Assembly: GCA_965198065.1 (NCBI GenBank)
Contig: CBDAON010000004.1
Location: forward strand, 2,048,001 to 2,112,000
Length of the DNA stretch: 64,000 nt
Direction of reading: 5' to 3'
From: Longimicrobiales bacterium
GTDB taxonomy: Bacteria > Gemmatimonadota > Gemmatimonadetes > Longimicrobiales > Gaopeijiaceae
The translations under genes were made by a program, and so were the position numbers. Of this stretch, positions 44,149 to 53,084 are shown piece after piece (positions within the stretch are counted from its first letter, which is position 1; every line of letters begins with the position of its first letter). The notes under the pieces are model-generated. The model had not been told where the DNA came from, searched no databases, and saw only the letters and a list, made by a program, of their open reading frames with translations.

Positions 44149-44978
44149 GCTTGGACCTCGAGATTGCATGGGCCGTTATGAAATGGCCGCTTGTGGCCCT
44201 CCTCGTGCTTCCCCCCCTGCTTGTCTATCTCGGCCTGCACGTGGTTCTACGCGAGGTGATCTTCGTGGACCTCGCGCTGGCGCAGGTCGCGGCCCTGGGC
44301 ACAAGCCTCGCGCTGCTCATCGGATACGACTTCCGCGACAGCCCCACGTTTTGGATCTCCCTGGGTGTTGCGTTCCTGGGGGCCGCCCTCTTCAGCTGGA
44401 CCCGGGGCCGGGAGAAGGGACCGGTTCCCCAGGAGGCAATCATCGGGATCACGTTCGTCGTCGCGGCCGCGGGCGTGATTCTCCTTCTCAGCAGGGTGGC
44501 GGGTGGGCGGGAAGAGCTCGAGCACCTGCTCACGGGCGACATCCTGAACGTGACGACCGGGGAGGTGGGGCAGCGGGCCCTCCTGTTTGCAGTACTGGGA
44601 GGATTCTACACGGCCTTCCATGAGCGCTTCGCCCTCATCTCCACCAATCCGGAGGAAGCCTTTGCCCGAGGAACGCGTGTTCGCCTGTGGGACTTCCTCT
44701 TCTACGCGGCCTTCTCCCTCGTGGTCGTGAGCTTCGTTCGGGTGGCTGGGGTCCTGGTCACCTTCGCCTATCTCATCGTACCAGCGGTCTGCGCGGTCAC
44801 TCTCGTCGGCGGATGGCTCAGGCGGCTCGCCGTGGGCTCGGGCATCGCGGTCGCGGCGAGCGTCCTGGGCCTGGGCGCGTCCTACTGGTGGGACCTGCCC
44901 ACCGGTGCTGCGGTCGTATGCACTTCGGGGGTGGTGCTCGTCCTGGTCATGACTTCTTCGACCCTACGGGGGTCCTGA
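44145..44978 (+). CDS. Metal ABC transporter permease (ZnuB-like)
   Basis: GLHVVLREVIFVDLALAQVAALG, EAIIGI, GDIL, DLPTG. Confidence 0.88.
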   Translation: MSLDLEIAWAVMKWPLVALLVLPPLLVYLGLHVVLREVIFVDLALAQVAALGTSLALLIGYDFRDSPTFWISLGVAFLGAALFSWTRGREKGPVPQEAIIGITFVVAAAGVILLLSRVAGGREELEHLLTGDILNVTTGEVGQRALLFAVLGGFYTAFHERFALISTNPEEAFARGTRVRLWDFLFYAAFSLVVVSFVRVAGVLVTFAYLIVPAVCAVTLVGGWLRRLAVGSGIAVAASVLGLGASYWWDLPTGAAVVCTSGVVLVLVMTSSTLRGS

Positions 44979-45096
44979 ACGAAGGACGCGCTCTAACTCG
45001 CCGCTCCGACGGCCTCCCGAACCTCTCCGGCCGGCTCCGTCGCCGGATAGCGAAGCGGTGTCAGGGTCTGATTGAGACCATCCTTGGAGATGTCCT

Positions 45097-45497
45097 ATGG
45101 TAGGGAAAGACCCAGTGCGTGGTAGTTTTGATCGGTGCGAGGCCGCGGGGAACTTCGCAGAGCAGTTCTATGCTGTCTTTCTCAACTCATCACCCGAGAT
45201 CGGACCGCTGTTTGCGATGACGGATTTCGAGAACCAGCGAAAGCTGCTCCGAGCGACTGTGTACATCATGGTCACGCGGAGCGTAGACGACGTTCAAGCG
45301 CGAGAGACGCTGGAGAGGATCGGCTATTCGCATGGACGCACGCAACTTGAGCATTAGACCGGAGTTGTACGAAGTCTGGCTAGACAGCGTGTGCCAGACC
45401 GTGAAGCAAATGGATCCGGACTGGACAATCGGAAGTCGAACGTGAGTGGCGTGATCGGTTACGACCGGGTATTGATTTGATTACGTCCTTCTACTGA
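45097..45497 (+). pseudogene. Single-domain globin, frameshifted
   Basis: SFDRC..FYAVFLNSSPEI..LF..TDFENQ..ERIGYSH; continues IRPELYEVWLDS..DP..EW in shifted frames. Confidence 0.75.
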
Positions 45498-45618
45498 CAA
45501 AGCATCTTCAGGCAGTTATCGCGTCAGCAATCGCTTGTTAGCACGCGCCTTGCTCGCGTGGGTGAGCACGTGCCCGAACCGCGCAAAGGACGTAACATAC
45601 TAAGCAGTAAGGACTTAC

Positions 45619-45762
45619 GGGGCCATAGCTAGTTGGGAGAGCGCCTGCTTTGCAAGCCCCTTTCTGGCGTTGGTGGGCGTCCGTAGGCGCTGGAATCGTT
45701 GAATCGAGCGTTGGTCAGAGTGTGCCAGCGTCGGTGGGCGCTGGCGCAGTTTTTGGCACAGT
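45619..45762 (+). repeat. tRNA-Ala 5'-half copy (45619-45657, one-base deletion) plus 105-bp conserved arm, copy 2
   Basis: GGGGCCATAGCT-AGTTGGGAGAGCGCCTGCTTTGCAAGC followed by the arm shared with 41417-41521. Confidence 0.92.
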
Positions 45763-45865
45763 TTTCAGTACCTTGACCTACAGGGGTGATGCAAGCGGAT
45801 CGGAGAGCAACTCCGATGGCACTGAAGCCCTGTTCGTGACGGAGAAGACGGGGATCGGGTAAAGC

Positions 45866-47040
45866 GTGAGCGCCAAGAGTCGCCTCCGTAAGATCCTGCG
45901 GTCGATCGCGGTAGCGGGCGCAGTCTTTGGCGTCGTTATGGGCCTCTACGCCAGCACATTCGTCCTGTCGTACGGCGCGTTGTTCGCCGATGCCGATCCT
46001 CTCCTAGTGACGGATGTTGGTCGGGTTACCCCGGCACTCGTTGAAGCGATATACGAGGTTCAAGACGTCGATGAGATTGGGGCTGCCCTCGCCGACGCGA
46101 GAGAGCGGGGCCTCAAAGTGTCAATCGCGGGGAGTCGACACAGCCAGGGGGGGCAAACGTACGCGGAGGGCGGGGTCGTTCTGTCCATGCGTGGGTTCAA
46201 TCGCATCCTCGCGGTTGACCCGGTGGGCCAGACCATAACTGTAGAGAGTGGAGCTACGTGGGACGAAGTCCAGCGAGCGCAAGGCATCGCCATGATGATT
46301 GCTCGCCCATCGATCGATCCAGATCCCGACGAATTCTTGAGGGAGATGGTGGTCGTGACGTGGCGTCGCGACGCCCCCGGCATCGATGGGGAGTTTGAAT
46401 TGACCGAAGAAGAGCGAGTTCTGCGCGACCGATTCTTCTTCGGCCTTTCGCGGAGATTCGATTGGGCGAAGTCTCTGCGATGGAACCTGCAGAAGCGGTG
46501 GAGCCCACCCTCTCGGAGATTCAGCTGATCTCACGGAACAATGCGATGCGCCCGCCGCTCGCTCCCGTGGCATTCCTCGACTACGAGTCGCCGTCGGACA
46601 CCGACATCCTGCAAGAGTACTTCGTTCCCGTGGACAGCTTCGTCGCGTTCATGGATCGGTCTCGAAGCATCTTCGAGGAGGGAGACGTCAATCTGTTGAG
46701 CGCGACCGTGAGATTCGTGACGCCCGACTCTACCGCGATGCTGGCTTATGCTCCCCGCGAAGAAATGTTTGCCGTTGCCCACCTGACGAATGTTGGACTG
46801 AGCCCCTCGGATCAAGCGAGGACCGAACGAGTCACGCAGGATCTCGTCACGAGTCCCCTCGATTTTTTGGGCACGTATTACCTGACGTATCAACTTTACC
46901 CTACAGTGACGCAGCTTCGGCGAGCATACCCGACGGCGGATAGTGCCTTCTCGCGAAAGAGATTCTATGATCCGACGGAGCTATTCAGTTCTATGAACGA
47001 TACGCGGGTTCGTAGGGATCGGCCTGAGACCCGCGAATAA
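45866..47040 (+). pseudogene. FAD-binding oxidoreductase with internal deletion and frameshift
   Basis: SIAGSRHSQGGQ, ITVESGATWDEVQ, then a jump to the C-terminal region; DILQEYFVP, GTYYLTYQ, KRFYDP. Confidence 0.75.
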
Positions 47041-47076
47041 GCGTGTGGTTACCTCCTCCCCCGTAAGAGAAAAGAG

Positions 47077-48744
47077 ATGGCCTACGACACCGACGACGTC
47101 GCTCTTCACGCGGCCTACTACTGGGAGAAGACCACGCCGGACCGGATCTGGCTGACGCAGCCTGCCCCCGGCGGACGTATCGAGGAGTACACCTGGAGGT
47201 CGGCGATGGACGAGGCGCGGCGCATGGCGGCGCATCTCCTTTCCGTCGATCTCTCTCCCGGGAGCCACGTGGCGCTCTTCTCCAAGAACTCCGCGTGGTG
47301 GGTCATGGCCGACCTCGCGATCTGGATGGCCGGCCACGTCTCCGTCCCGGTCTACCCAACGCTGACGCCGCAAACGATTCGCCAGATCCTCGAGCACTCG
47401 GAGGCCCGGCTCGTCTTCATCGGCAAGCTCGACGATTTCGCCTCGATGGAGCCCGGCATCCCGGCCGACCTGCCGCGCATCCTGACGCCCTGCGCGCCGG
47501 AGACGCACGGCGATCGCTGGGAGGACGTCGTCGCGCGGACCGAGCCGCTGCTGGAGGACGTCAGGCGAGGCGAGGACGAGCTCGGAACGATCATCTACAC
47601 CTCGGGAACCACGGGCATCCCGAAGGGCGTGATGCACTCCTTCGGGAGCATGGGCGTCGGGGCGCGCGGCGCCATCGCAAGCGTGAGCGTGAAGTCCGAC
47701 GACCGGATGCTCTCCTACCTACCGCTCGCACACGCGTTCGAGCGCTGGCACGTCGAGACGGTCTCGCTCTTGGCAGGATTCCAGATCTTCTTCGCCGACA
47801 GCCCGGACAGCTTCGTGCAAGACCTCCGGCGCGCTCGCCCCACCCTCTTTATCTCGGTGCCGCGGCTCTGGCAGAAGTTCCAGGCGGGCGTCTTCAAGAA
47901 GACGAAGCCGGACCGGCTCGCCCGCCTGCTCAAGGTCCCGATTGTCGGACGCATCGTCCGCAGGAAGGTGCTCGAGGGTCTCGGTCTGGACGCCGTACGC
48001 GTTGCCGGATCCGGATCGGCGCCGATTCCCGGTGAGCTGATCGAGTGGTACCGCGACCTGGGCCTAGAGCTGATCGAGGGCTACGGCATGACCGAGAACT
48101 TCTGCTACTCTCACCAAAGCCGTCAGGACGAGGTGCGACCGGGATACGTCGGGCGCGCGTACGAGGACGTCGAGTGCAGGATCAGCGACGAAGGCGAGGT
48201 CCTGGTCAAGAGCCCGGCCAGCATGCTGGGCTACTACAAAATGCCGGAGGAGAGCGTGGCGTCGTTCACGGAAGACGGGTTCCTCAAGACCGGCGACCGC
48301 GGCGAGATCGACGAGCGAGGACGGCTTCGGATCACCGGGCGCGTCAAGGAGCTCTTCAAGACGAGCAAGGGCAAGTACGTCGCGCCAGCACCCATCGAGA
48401 GCAAGCTGCTCGTCCACGAGGCGATCGAGATGGTCTGCGTCGCCGGTAACGGCCAGCCCCAACCACATGCCATCGTCATGCTCTCGGACGAGGCTCGGAG
48501 CCGCGCCGAAGGATCTGGCCGGGAGGAGGTCGAGCGCGCGCTGACGGAGCACCTGCAGAGAGTCAATCCGGAGCTCGATCACCACGAGAAGCTCAGCTTT
48601 CTCTCGATCGTGCCGGACGTGTGGGCCGTGGAGAACGGCTTCCTGACGCCGACGCTGAAGCTGAAGCGTGTGGTCATCGACGACACCTACGGTCCGTCGA
48701 TCGCGAGCTGGTACGCGCGGAAGACCAGAATTCTCTGGATCTGA
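47077..48744 (+). CDS. Long-chain fatty acid--CoA ligase (AMP-binding)
   Basis: IIYTSGTTGIPKGVMH, SYLPLAH, EGYGMTE, LKTGD, LTPTLKLKR. Confidence 0.92.
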   Translation: MAYDTDDVALHAAYYWEKTTPDRIWLTQPAPGGRIEEYTWRSAMDEARRMAAHLLSVDLSPGSHVALFSKNSAWWVMADLAIWMAGHVSVPVYPTLTPQTIRQILEHSEARLVFIGKLDDFASMEPGIPADLPRILTPCAPETHGDRWEDVVARTEPLLEDVRRGEDELGTIIYTSGTTGIPKGVMHSFGSMGVGARGAIASVSVKSDDRMLSYLPLAHAFERWHVETVSLLAGFQIFFADSPDSFVQDLRRARPTLFISVPRLWQKFQAGVFKKTKPDRLARLLKVPIVGRIVRRKVLEGLGLDAVRVAGSGSAPIPGELIEWYRDLGLELIEGYGMTENFCYSHQSRQDEVRPGYVGRAYEDVECRISDEGEVLVKSPASMLGYYKMPEESVASFTEDGFLKTGDRGEIDERGRLRITGRVKELFKTSKGKYVAPAPIESKLLVHEAIEMVCVAGNGQPQPHAIVMLSDEARSRAEGSGREEVERALTEHLQRVNPELDHHEKLSFLSIVPDVWAVENGFLTPTLKLKRVVIDDTYGPSIASWYARKTRILWI

Positions 48745-48835
48745 CGCGAGCGTCACGGAAGCTTTCTTACGATTCGCGCAACGCCGACTGACTCCCGAGC
48801 CCACCGTTCCACTCCTGCACCTGGGGCTAGCTCGC

Positions 48836-50341
48836 ATGAACCCACAGGCTGAAGTCGGTCCTGCACCAACTGCGTACCAGAGGCTCCGGCGGGGGCTGGC
48901 TTTTCTCATGTGGCTTTTCTTTCGTCGAGTGGAGGTGGTGGGTCTGGAGGACCTCCCCAACGACCGGGGCGGCATCTTGGTCGCTTGGCACCCCAACGCG
49001 CTCATCGACCCAGCGCTGATTCTCAGCGCCTTCCCCGGGCAGGTCGTGTTCGGGGCTCGGCACGGCCTCTTTCAGTTACCTTTGATCGGCCACCTCATGC
49101 GAGCCATCGGCACCGTCCCGATTTACCGTCGTCAGGATACCTCCGAAGGGGACACGGAGGTCGCCAGGAGGAAGAACTCTGACAGTCTCGCGGCGCTGGC
49201 CGACCGAATCGCCGCCGGATCGTTCTCTGCGCTCTTCCCCGAGGGCATCTCTCACGACGCCCCCTTTCTGCAGGATATCAAGACCGGGGCCGCCCGTTTG
49301 TATTACCAGGCCCGCATGCGCACCGAGGGCCATCGACCACCGCCGGCACTGATACCCGTCGGACTCCACTACGCGAAAAAGCACCTGTTCCGGTCCAAGG
49401 CTCTGGTGGTGTTCCATCCGCCGCTCACGCTCCTGGCGGAGCTCGATGTCACCCCGCCGGACGAAGAGGATCCCGAGAAACTTCGGGAGTTGGCGCGCAA
49501 GCTGACTCGGGAAGTCGAGCGCTCTCTCAAGGCCGCAGTCCTCGAGACCGAAAGCTGGGAGCTTCACAGCCTCCACCACCGCACCGCGAAGCTCATCCGC
49601 GCGGAGCGTGCCCACCGCGCCGAGGCGAACCCTGGTGCGATCACGATGGATGAGGAGGTGTTGGGATTCGCGCGCGTGTGGACGGCCCGTCAGCATCTTA
49701 TCGGCTCGCATCCCGAGCGGGATGAGCAGTTGACGAAGCGAGTCAAGAGATACGACAGGATGCTGAGAGCACTCGCCATCGAGGACCACGAGATCGACTA
49801 CCCCCCGCCCGTGATCGGCGGCTGGCTCTTGGCTGGTCTCATGCTTAAGGCGGTCTCCGTGGTCGTACTGCTGCCGCCCTTCCTGCTGTTCGGGGCGCTC
49901 GTGAACCTCCCACCCGCGTTGCTGGTCATCGCGGGGGCGCGGCGGGCGGCAAAGGAGCCCAAGGACATCGCGTCGCTGAAGCTGCTCGGCGGCGTGGTTG
50001 CGTATCCGCTGGCGTGGGCCATCTGGGCGTTGCTCGCGGGATGGGGGATCGTCCAGGCGCAGACGATCGCCCCCTGGGTGCCAGCCCAACCGATTCTCGG
50101 CGGCGCCGTCATGCTGGCGCTCTGTGTGGCCAGCGCGGTCGTGATGCTCCTGTACTGGGAGTTGGCCGTCGGAACCTTGCGCGCCTTGCGCGTGCGCCTG
50201 ACCAGGGGGCGGCACGGTCGGGCGTTGACTCGCCTGCGAGCGGAGCGGTCACGCCTCTGTGACGAGATCTTGGCTTTCGCGGAAGGAGTCGAGTTGCCGG
50301 GGCAGGTTCTGCCTAGCGGACGGCTGTCCCGCAACCGCTGA
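48836..50341 (+). CDS. Lysophospholipid/glycerol-3-phosphate acyltransferase with C-terminal TM helices
   Basis: HPNALID (HX4D), PIYRRQD, FPEGISH, KTGAAR. Confidence 0.88.
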   Translation: MNPQAEVGPAPTAYQRLRRGLAFLMWLFFRRVEVVGLEDLPNDRGGILVAWHPNALIDPALILSAFPGQVVFGARHGLFQLPLIGHLMRAIGTVPIYRRQDTSEGDTEVARRKNSDSLAALADRIAAGSFSALFPEGISHDAPFLQDIKTGAARLYYQARMRTEGHRPPPALIPVGLHYAKKHLFRSKALVVFHPPLTLLAELDVTPPDEEDPEKLRELARKLTREVERSLKAAVLETESWELHSLHHRTAKLIRAERAHRAEANPGAITMDEEVLGFARVWTARQHLIGSHPERDEQLTKRVKRYDRMLRALAIEDHEIDYPPPVIGGWLLAGLMLKAVSVVVLLPPFLLFGALVNLPPALLVIAGARRAAKEPKDIASLKLLGGVVAYPLAWAIWALLAGWGIVQAQTIAPWVPAQPILGGAVMLALCVASAVVMLLYWELAVGTLRALRVRLTRGRHGRALTRLRAERSRLCDEILAFAEGVELPGQVLPSGRLSRNR

Positions 50342-50472
50342 GCCAAACGCGTGCGGCGCTCGGTTCGAACCCTCCGATCGACCCACGGCCCGCGCCCGTG
50401 TGGTTTTTGGCACAGTTGGAGTATGGGCCCGATGACGCAAAGGACGGAAAGCACCAACTAGAAGGGACTTAG

Positions 50473-50545
50473 GGGGCCATAGCTCAGTTGGGAGAGCGCC
50501 TGCTTTGCAAGCAGGAGGTCACGGGTTCGAATCCCGTTGGCTCCA
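50473..50545 (+). tRNA. tRNA-Ala(TGC), intact
   Basis: Acceptor stem GGGGCCA/TGGCTCC with G3:U70, anticodon loop TT-TGC-AA, T-loop GGTTCGAATCC. Confidence 0.96.
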
Positions 50546-50602
50546 TTGAAGTTACGGGATATGCTTAGTCGGATTCCCGCTATTTATTCCCGCTAATTGG
50601 GC

Positions 50603-51670
50603 TCAGGAGCGGGCTCTCCGCCGGCGCTCGAGGGCCTTCCGGAGTTGCCCCTCGTCGGCCCGCTGGTAGCACTGCAGCACCGTCTGGGCCGTCTTCCAGC
50701 CGCCGAGTTCGCAGAGCACCTTGAGCGGCTGGTTCATCAGGTCCGAAGCGAACTTCCGCCTCAGGGAGTGCCAGCCGCGGCCACGCTTCGGCGCGAGCCC
50801 GGCGAGCTCTTGCGCCTTCTCCCACCAGTCGCGCGCCAGCGAACGGCTCACGCACTTCGACGGGTCCTTCGGCGCTGGCAGTAGGGGAGCGTCTCCGATC
50901 CCGGGGTTCTCCCTCCGTGCCTCTTCCAGGGCACCAAGCGCTTCGGTGCTCACCGGGGTCCGGTGCTCGTACCCGGTCTTCTCATGCTCCCCACGCCACC
51001 GGATCACGCCGGCTTCCAGGTCGATGTCCGACCATCCAAGCTGCCGGATCGCACCGATGCGGTGTCCCGTCTCGTGCGCCAGCACCAGAGCCACGCGAAA
51101 GCGCCAGCCCATCGCTATCGACACTCCCAGCAGGGCCTCGTATTCCGCCTCAGTGAGCAGCACCCGGACCGGGTTTTTTTCCCTGGGTGGCTTCAGGCCT
51201 TTCAGAGGGTTTGCATCGAGGAGGAGCCTGCCCTCCTCGTCTCTCGAGTTCACGGCCCAGTTGAAGACCGCGAGCAGGAACCTCACGTCGTATTCGATGG
51301 TTCGATCGGACACCGGCTTGCCGCTCGGTCCGGCATTGCCCGCACGCCGCGCCCGGATGAACCGATCCCAGTCACGCTGGGACAGTGTGGCTGGTTTCCG
51401 GTCCCTGCCGAAGAACTTGAGGAACATCCTCATCGCGGCCCGATCGTACCTTCGGGACCGCTCGCTCTTGGTGGGAGTCACCTCTTCACCGTAGATGTCA
51501 AAAAGCGTCTTCAGGGTGAGTGGCTTGGGCTCGGCATTCGCCTTGTCCTGGAGTTCCGACGGTGTGCTGCCGGCAGCGACTTCGTCCGCCTGCCTCTTGG
51601 CCCGGGCCCAGTCTTGATGCCCGAGCGATCTACTCAACCTGCGCCCGTCCTCCCGCCACTCGATCTGGAT
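50603..51670 (-). CDS. Tyrosine recombinase/integrase convergent on tRNA-Ala; N-terminus possibly truncated
   Basis: TGHRIGAI (R), EKTG (K), HSLRRK, GGW, CYQ (Y); the frame extends upstream of the TTG at 51637 (IQIEWREDGRRLSRSLGH) without a clear start. Confidence 0.85.
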   Translation of the reverse strand: MQIEWREDGRRLSRSLGHQDWARAKRQADEVAAGSTPSELQDKANAEPKPLTLKTLFDIYGEEVTPTKSERSRRYDRAAMRMFLKFFGRDRKPATLSQRDWDRFIRARRAGNAGPSGKPVSDRTIEYDVRFLLAVFNWAVNSRDEEGRLLLDANPLKGLKPPREKNPVRVLLTEAEYEALLGVSIAMGWRFRVALVLAHETGHRIGAIRQLGWSDIDLEAGVIRWRGEHEKTGYEHRTPVSTEALGALEEARRENPGIGDAPLLPAPKDPSKCVSRSLARDWWEKAQELAGLAPKRGRGWHSLRRKFASDLMNQPLKVLCELGGWKTAQTVLQCYQRADEGQLRKALERRRRARS

Positions 51671-51799
51671 GGGAAATCCGTTTCGCCCCGGTGGACATAA
51701 TGGGGGGGCAGAGCACCGTCTCTAAAGATGTAACCCGTTTGTAATAAACGGTTTACATCACTTATCGCAGCAGTCCGAACGGAACCGAGCCAGTGGGCG

Positions 51800-52160
51800 A
51801 CGACCTCGCCGACCTGACGTCGCTGGATCTCGGCGGCAATCGACTCTCGGGACCAATTCCCCCCGAACTCGGCAACATCACCAGCCTGGATTTCCTGAAA
51901 TCTCAGCGGTAACCATCTGACCAGCCTGCCGCCCCGCGTGTTCGAACGGCTCTCCAGGCTGGGAACGTTGTCTGGGGGGAAACGAACTGGACGTGTTGCC
52001 CGAAGGTGCGTTTCTCGGCCTTTCGAGCCTGAGCTTTCTGTACTTGGGAAACAATCCGGGATCGCCTTTCGAGTTGACCCTACAGATCCAGCGCACCGAC
52101 GACGAAGATCTCCGGGCCCCGGGGCCCGCCAACATCACGGTAAGCGTGCGGGAGGGAGCG
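51800..52160 (+). pseudogene. Leucine-rich-repeat protein fragments
   Basis: LTSLDLGGNRLSGPIPPELGN, NHLTSLPPRVF, LPEGAFLGLSSLSFLYLGNNPG across frames. Confidence 0.7.
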
Positions 52161-52179
52161 ATCGGAGGGGCTGCTCGAG

Positions 52180-52833
52180 CTTCCCTCCTCACCCGAGTGG
52201 GCGTTTCCCCCCAGGCCGGACACACATCACGTGCGGTGGATCGCCAGCCATCCGGAACGTCCCGGCCACCTCTGGCTCGCCATCGAGGCAGGAGCCCTCG
52301 TGAGCACGCCCGACGGGGGCCGGTCCTGGCGGGACCGTGTAGCGGGGGGCCCCTGGGACACCCATGAGCTGGCGATTCATCCTGCCCGACCCGACACCCT
52401 CAGAGTGGCGGCGGGGGACGGGTACTTCGAGAGCCCGGATGGGGGCGGTACCTGGACGACCCCGCGCCGAGGGCTCGAGGTCGGCTATCTGAGGAGCATC
52501 GCGATCGATCCGGGTAGCCCGGATGTCATCGTGGTCTCGGGGGCCACCGGGCCGCGAACGACTTACGTGGCGGGGCGGTCCGACGGCCGCGTGTACCGGC
52601 GGGACGCGCGTGCCGTCGGCGACTCCCCGTGGGAGCGGATCGCCGCGGGCTGGGCCGAGCCTCCGAACACGATCGCGCCGCTGCTCCTGGCCGGCACGCA
52701 GCCCGGGGAACTCTGGGCGGCGGACGAACGGGGGCTCCATCGATCGGAGGACGGGGGACAGAGCTGGTCCAGGCTGGCCAGCTACCCGAGGGGGAGGCCG
52801 AACCACCTGAGGGGGATCGCGGGCGTCGGCTGA
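52180..52833 (+). pseudogene. BNR/Asp-box (sialidase-like) beta-propeller protein, C-terminal part
   Basis: Repeated SxDGGxTW boxes (STPDGGRSW, SPDGGGTW, SEDGGQSW); no clear N-terminus. Confidence 0.65.
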
Positions 52834-53084
52834 TTCTCCTTCCGAGAGCGCCCGACGGCATTTGCCGTTCGGTCGTCGTACGTCGCGAGCGTCACGTCCC
52901 TTCCGCGCTCCCGGAGCCATCTCGCGGAGGCGAGGGGAAGGCCGTCCAGGGGTTTCCTCGATCCCGCAGGGGGTGCCCCGGCCCCGGGACGGGGCGGGCT
53001 CGCAGAGAGAATGTCCGGGACGGGCCGCGTCCCCTAAATTGTCTCCATCGCCATGAGCCCTCCCTCGTCAGCCCCAGAAAGCCA

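Larger units (their letters stand above)
41377..45618. mobile_element. Integrase-free module 1 of the tRNA-Ala upstream array
   Basis: Bounded by successive tRNA-Ala 5'-half copies with conserved left and right end motifs. Confidence 0.7.
45619..50472. mobile_element. Integrase-free module 2 of the tRNA-Ala upstream array
   Basis: Starts with the tRNA 5' half plus arm; ends with the conserved CGCAAAGGACG..GGACTTA motif abutting the intact tRNA. Confidence 0.7.

Noticed and set aside
50361..50385. GGTTCGAACCC as a tRNA 3' fragment
   Set aside because: No T-stem or acceptor match to any tRNA in the window.
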